In this document: in pieces, positions 63,454-64,000 of the stretch
How the letters are laid out: every line of letters starts with the position of its first letter
Numbering within the stretch: the first letter of the stretch is position 1
Origin: Deltaproteobacteria bacterium
Lineage (GTDB): Bacteria > Myxococcota > Kuafuiibacteriia > Kuafuiibacteriales > Kuafuiibacteriaceae
Length of the DNA stretch: 64,000 bases
Assembly (NCBI GenBank): GCA_040218735.1
Contig: JAVJQW010000041.1
Location: forward strand, 192,001-256,000
Reading direction: 5' to 3'
Program-made: the position numbers and the translations under genes
Notes under the pieces: model-generated
What the model was told of the DNA's origin: nothing
What the model saw: the letters and a program-made list of their open reading frames with translations, nothing else
Databases searched by the model: none

Positions 63454-64000
63454 ATGGCCAAGCTCACGCCAGCCGCCAAGGGTCTCATCACCATCACCAT
63501 CCTCGCCATCGCCGGCGCCGCCGCATGGCACCTCGGGGTGAAGGACATGATCGCCGGTAACGCCGGCGGCGGAGGGGACCCGCCCCCGAACAACAACAAC
63601 ACCGGGGGCAACACCGACGTCGCGACCAACAACGGCGGCGACGGTGCGCTCGGGAGCGCGAACAACCCGCTGAAGGTGTCGATCGTGAGCTTTCACGGCT
63701 ACGCGCCGGCGCTGGTCGCGAACGGCAAGTCGCTGAAGACGCAGCCGGGCTCGATCTACGCGAAGAAGGGGATCAACGTGGAGTTCGTCATCCAGGACGA
63801 CATCCCGACGCTCTCCACGATCTTCACGTCGAACGTCGCGCAGTGCGCGTGGCGTACGAGTGACTTCTGGGCGCAGGAGCACCCCAACCTCAGGAACGCG
63901 GGGCTCGACGGCAAGGCGATCGTCGTCGTCGACAACACGCAGGGCGGCGACGCCGTCATCGCGCGCGACCCGGCGATGAAGCGGATCGAGGACCTCGCGG
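63454..64000 (+). CDS. NMT1/THI5(SsuA)-like ABC substrate-binding protein, membrane-anchored (partial, runs off window)
   Basis: Translated by hand (absent from ORF track): MAKLTPAAKGLITITILAIAG TM, Asn/Gly linker, SFHGYAPALVANG, VEFVIQDD, VDNTQGGDAVIAR..IEDL. Confidence 0.8.
   Translation, partial: MAKLTPAAKGLITITILAIAGAAAWHLGVKDMIAGNAGGGGDPPPNNNNTGGNTDVATNNGGDGALGSANNPLKVSIVSFHGYAPALVANGKSLKTQPGSIYAKKGINVEFVIQDDIPTLSTIFTSNVAQCAWRTSDFWAQEHPNLRNAGLDGKAIVVVDNTQGGDAVIARDPAMKRIEDLA

Noticed and set aside
160-63959. Numerous long antisense or alternate-frame ORFs in the ORF track (e.g. 50058-52472 -, 56067-58595 +, 48250-50208 -, 26277-28187 +)
   Set aside because: Arg/Ala/Pro-rich shadows typical of high-GC DNA that overlap well-supported genes

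Overview
High-GC, densely coding bacterial chromosomal window of about 57 genes. Its features point to Myxococcota or a related deltaproteobacterial lineage: two MYXO-CTERM-type C-terminal sorting signals, myxobacterial Cys-rich repeats, a CglB-like VWA lipoprotein and many lipoproteins with D(A/G)G linkers. Core and metabolic genes include a MacAB-like ABC exporter, serS, a crotonase with 3-hydroxyacyl-CoA dehydrogenase, an acyl-CoA dehydrogenase, a polyphosphate glucokinase-like ROK kinase, a PAS hybrid kinase, a MocR regulator, an NhaC antiporter, an SDR and a P450. I found no rRNA, tRNA, CRISPR array or intact mobile element, only a decayed IS1182-like transposase fragment in the single large intergenic gap (about 30.9-32.1 kb). 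The best candidate for an under-described system is a six-gene minus-strand operon (32076-38924): CotH kinase/beta-helix, small membrane protein, VTC-type polyphosphate polymerase, DUF4956, OprO/P-like porin and a POTRA-less Omp85 barrel. It suggests a trans-envelope polyphosphate synthesis/export and extracytoplasmic phosphorylation machine. Other notable items are a JAB/MPN-like protein and a DcrB-like gene pair with sigma28-like promoter motifs, an AckA-PduL fusion, a thioredoxin-TSP3-OmpA fusion, a decarboxylase that appears to start at CTG, and a trypsin with planctomycete-type dockerins. All family calls come from motif recognition by eye; no database searches were run.
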